DNA of 64,000 nt from assembly GCA_038215615.1 (NCBI GenBank), contig JBBQQR010000002.1, positions 81,743 through 145,742 on the forward strand, read 5' to 3'. Position numbers and translations under genes: made by a program. Position 1 is the first letter of the stretch. Each line of letters opens with the position of its first letter. This stretch comes from Vulcanimicrobiales bacterium. GTDB lineage: Bacteria; Vulcanimicrobiota; Vulcanimicrobiia; Vulcanimicrobiales; Vulcanimicrobiaceae. The notes beneath the pieces are model-generated. The model had not been told where the DNA came from. It was given only the letters and a program-made list of their open reading frames with translations, and did not search any database. Positions 61,277-64,000 of the stretch are shown here, in pieces.

Positions 61277-62497
61277 ATGAGAGAGCTGCTGTTCATTCCC
61301 GGCCCGGTGACGGTTTCCGCCCGTGTGCTCGCGTCGATGAACCAGCCGCTTATCGATCATCGCGGCCCCGAGTTCAGCAAGCTCGTCGGGCGGATCTACG
61401 CCGGCTTGCGCCCTCTCTTCGGAACGGAAGAAGCCGAGATCGTTCTGCTGGGATCGTCCGGTACCGGTGGTCTGGAAGCGGCCATCGCCAACGCTTTTTC
61501 GCCCGGCGACACGCTGCTGGCAGCGCCGATGGGAGTGTTCGGCGAGCGCATGATCGCGATCGCGCGCAAATACGGCATGACCGTTGATGCGCTCGACGTT
61601 CGTCCTGGGTTTTCCGTCGATCCGCGCGAGTTCGCGAAGAAGCTCAACGACGATACGGATCGCCGCTATCGCGGCATTCTGCTGACGCACAACGAAACGT
61701 CGACCGGCGTTCAGAGCAGCATGGGAGAACTAGCCGCGATCGCGCAAGCGCACGGCGCGCTCACTATCGTCGATTCGGTCAGCGGTTTGGGCGCCACGGA
61801 TTTCCGCATGGACGAATGGGGATACGATATCGTCGTTGGGGCGTCGCAGAAGGTGCTGGCGGCGCCGCCGGGCGTTGCGATGTTAGCGATCAGCCCGCGC
61901 GCGTGGAACGCCATTGAGGCCTCCAAGACGCCGCGTTTTTACTTCGATCTCGTGAAGGCGCGCGAATTCGCGCGGCAAGGACAGATGCCGTGGACATCGC
62001 CGGTGAGCACGATGTTCGCGCTCGAGGCTGCGCTCGATCAGTATAAACGCGAAGGGGCGCCGGCAGTTCATCGCAGGCTGGCGATGTACGCGCAAGGTAT
62101 TCGCGCAGCTTTCACCGCGCTCGGACTCGAAATTTTTTCTGCGGACGGCGCGCATTCGGTCACGGTCGTCACCGCGAAGATTCCGCCCGGCGTCGATGCG
62201 GCCGGCTTGCTTCGCGGCCTGCGCGAAGATCGCGGCGTGACGCTCGCCGGCGGCCAGCTCGATCTGAAAGGCAAAATCGTGCGCATGGGAACGATGGGAG
62301 ACATCTCGCAAACCGATGTGCTCGCCGCGATTCAAGCGATCGAGATCGCGCTGCTCGACTACGATGTGCCGGTGCGCGTGGGCGCGGCCGGAAAAGCGGC
62401 GCTGAGCGTCTTCCTGAATGTAGGTGGCGTTACAACCGGTGATGCGCGAAAAAGTAGTGCGCAAACGGACGCGCAAACCACGGGAACGTCCCGATGA
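61277..62497 (+). CDS. Class V PLP aminotransferase (serine/alanine-glyoxylate type)
   Basis: IPGP, HRGPEF, HNETSTG, DSVS and SQK. Confidence 0.92.
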   Translation: MRELLFIPGPVTVSARVLASMNQPLIDHRGPEFSKLVGRIYAGLRPLFGTEEAEIVLLGSSGTGGLEAAIANAFSPGDTLLAAPMGVFGERMIAIARKYGMTVDALDVRPGFSVDPREFAKKLNDDTDRRYRGILLTHNETSTGVQSSMGELAAIAQAHGALTIVDSVSGLGATDFRMDEWGYDIVVGASQKVLAAPPGVAMLAISPRAWNAIEASKTPRFYFDLVKAREFARQGQMPWTSPVSTMFALEAALDQYKREGAPAVHRRLAMYAQGIRAAFTALGLEIFSADGAHSVTVVTAKIPPGVDAAGLLRGLREDRGVTLAGGQLDLKGKIVRMGTMGDISQTDVLAAIQAIEIALLDYDVPVRVGAAGKAALSVFLNVGGVTTGDARKSSAQTDAQTTGTSR

Positions 62498-62960
62498 TTG
62501 CGCCGTCTACCCGGTCATTGGGACTGGTTTCGTAACCGACCAACACCGACCGGTGCAGGTCAGCGCGAATATCCGGCGAGAGCGGAAAAAAGAGCGCGAC
62601 GTAGAGCAGCAGCCAAATCAGTACGACCGCTTTCACGAGGCCGATTGCCGCGCCGCCTAAGGCGTTTCCCAATCCGAGAAACGGCAGTTTGGTCACCGTG
62701 TTGAGCGCGCGCGCGATCAGCAAGATCGCGACGTACGTCGCGAGTCCGACCAAGAACATCGCGACGACGTGCGCCGAGCCGCTGCCCAGATGAAACGTCG
62801 CTTGGAAAAATCCGTCGAGCGATCCGCGGTAGAACCACGGCACGATAACCGATGCGGCCAGGGCGACGAATCCACTCAGCTCCAGGATGAAGCCGCGTTT
62901 ATATCCTTTGAGCGCCGCGATCAAAATGATGGCGCCGATCAGGATATCCGGCCAAATCAT
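62430..62960 (-). CDS. CvpA-family membrane protein
   Basis: DILI...GYKRGFILEL and NALGGAAIGLVKA. ATG overlaps the pheT stop. Confidence 0.85.
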   Translation of the reverse strand: MIWPDILIGAIILIAALKGYKRGFILELSGFVALAASVIVPWFYRGSLDGFFQATFHLGSGSAHVVAMFLVGLATYVAILLIARALNTVTKLPFLGLGNALGGAAIGLVKAVVLIWLLLYVALFFPLSPDIRADLHRSVLVGYETSPNDRVDGAIIGTFPWFARPFAHYFFAHHRL

Positions 62961-64000
62961 GCGCGTAGCGTCACGCCGAATTCGGCGCGCACCGCCGAGG
63001 CGGCTCGTTCGATAACGGCATCGGCCTCGTCGTCTGTGATCGTCGCATCGGGTTTTTGTAGCGTCACGCGTATCGCGATGCTTTTCTTTCCGCCGGCCAC
63101 TTGCGATCCGCGATACTCGTCGAACGCAACCACCGCGGTGCACCACGCGCCCGCGGCCGATCGCAGCGCATTCTCGAGGCGCTGCGCCGGCAAATCGGCG
63201 TCGCAGACGAGCGCGAGGTCGCGATAGGTCGACGGAAACTTCGAGGGTGGTTTGAATTGCGGAACGTCGTATGGCGGCAGGTTCGATAAGATCATACGGC
63301 ACGCGTAGACGGGAAGCCGCACTTCAAACGTGCGCAGCAAGCGGGGATCGACCTGTCCTACGACCGCGATCTCCCGCCCGCCCATCAGCACGACTCCCGT
63401 CTTTCCGGGATGAAAGCCCTCGCGCTCGTCGGCGGCGGTTTCGAAATGGCTCTCACCGGTCATCGCGCGCAGAAACGCTTCGCAATCTCCTTTGGCGCGC
63501 AGAAAATTCGAATCTCGCCATTCCGGCTCGTCGTCCGGCTCCGCGGAAAATGCGAAGAACGCCATCGGCGTTTCCCGCGGCTGGCGATCTTCGCTGTAAA
63601 AGACCCGGCCAATCTCGAATGCGCGCGCGGGTCGATTCGCGCGCGCGAGATGCGTCACCATCGCCGGCCCCAGCGAATGGCGCAAGTAGCGCTGTTCTTC
63701 GCTCAGCGGATTGCGGACTTCGACGGGCCGCGCCGGCGGCTCGAGCCCGGCGCGCCGGATTTTCTCGTAGACGTGCGGGCCGTGCAGCGAGTACGTGACG
63801 ATCTCGCGATATCCCAATGCCGCCAGCGTTGCGGCAGCCTTGCGTTCGCGCCGGTAGTCGCCGCTGGCGATGTCGTGCGCGCGCACCGCGGGGATCTCCG
63901 ACGATATGCGGTCGTAGCCCGCCATGCGCGCGATCTCTTCGATCACGTCCGCACTGCACGTCACATCGGTCCGCCACGCGGGCGCTATGACTCGCAGTAT
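62957..64000 (-). CDS. pheT: Phenylalanyl-tRNA synthetase beta subunit (5' truncated)
   Basis: DVIEEIARMAGYD, NPLSEEQ, FEIGRVF, HPG and FDX-ACB domain (FPSTYRDLA). Confidence 0.96.
   Translation of the reverse strand: MLRVIAPAWRTDVTCSADVIEEIARMAGYDRISSEIPAVRAHDIASGDYRRERKAAATLAALGYREIVTYSLHGPHVYEKIRRAGLEPPARPVEVRNPLSEEQRYLRHSLGPAMVTHLARANRPARAFEIGRVFYSEDRQPRETPMAFFAFSAEPDDEPEWRDSNFLRAKGDCEAFLRAMTGESHFETAADEREGFHPGKTGVVLMGGREIAVVGQVDPRLLRTFEVRLPVYACRMILSNLPPYDVPQFKPPSKFPSTYRDLALVCDADLPAQRLENALRSAAGAWCTAVVAFDEYRGSQVAGGKKSIAIRVTLQKPDATITDDEADAVIERAASAVRAEFGVTLRA

Noticed and set aside
62430..62497. 68-bp convergent overlap of the aminotransferase and cvpA
   Set aside because: The aminotransferase tail in the overlap looks like a non-conserved run-on. 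Short convergent overlaps also occur at 2647-2670 and 57050-57069 and are common in compact genomes.

Overview
GC-rich bacterial chromosomal window of mostly core genes. I see no rRNA, tRNA, CRISPR array or mobile element. The gene content points to a diderm Terrabacteria-type organism: LptC/LptD/single LptFG and Lnt, an mDAP-type MurE, HrcA CIRCE boxes, GTGG-type MraZ boxes and a sigmaB-like promoter. Eremiobacterota/Vulcanimicrobiota is plausible, but that placement is inference. In order: serine hydrolase and two-component system; LOG; an Lrp-kdd-kamA lysine-catabolism operon; a peptide-binding protein; pntAA-AB-B; polA-DUF192-mutM-S1-coaE; two KGG stress proteins; an outer-membrane module (slt, lptF/G, pentapeptide-repeat-LptD fusion, an unannotated 53-aa metallothionein, an antisense lipoprotein, Lnt-LptC fusion) divergent from the dcw cluster (mraZ to ddl, no ftsQAZ); citrate synthase; alr; a TPR-LuxR plus GGDEF/EAL module; groESL; an APC permease; hsp20-lon; an aminotransferase; cvpA; partial pheT. 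The best candidate for an undescribed system is a CofE (F420:glutamate ligase)-fold gene translationally coupled between murF and mraY, probably a peptidoglycan-precursor-modifying ligase. Next are the two Lpt-pathway fusions and several apparently non-canonical start codons.
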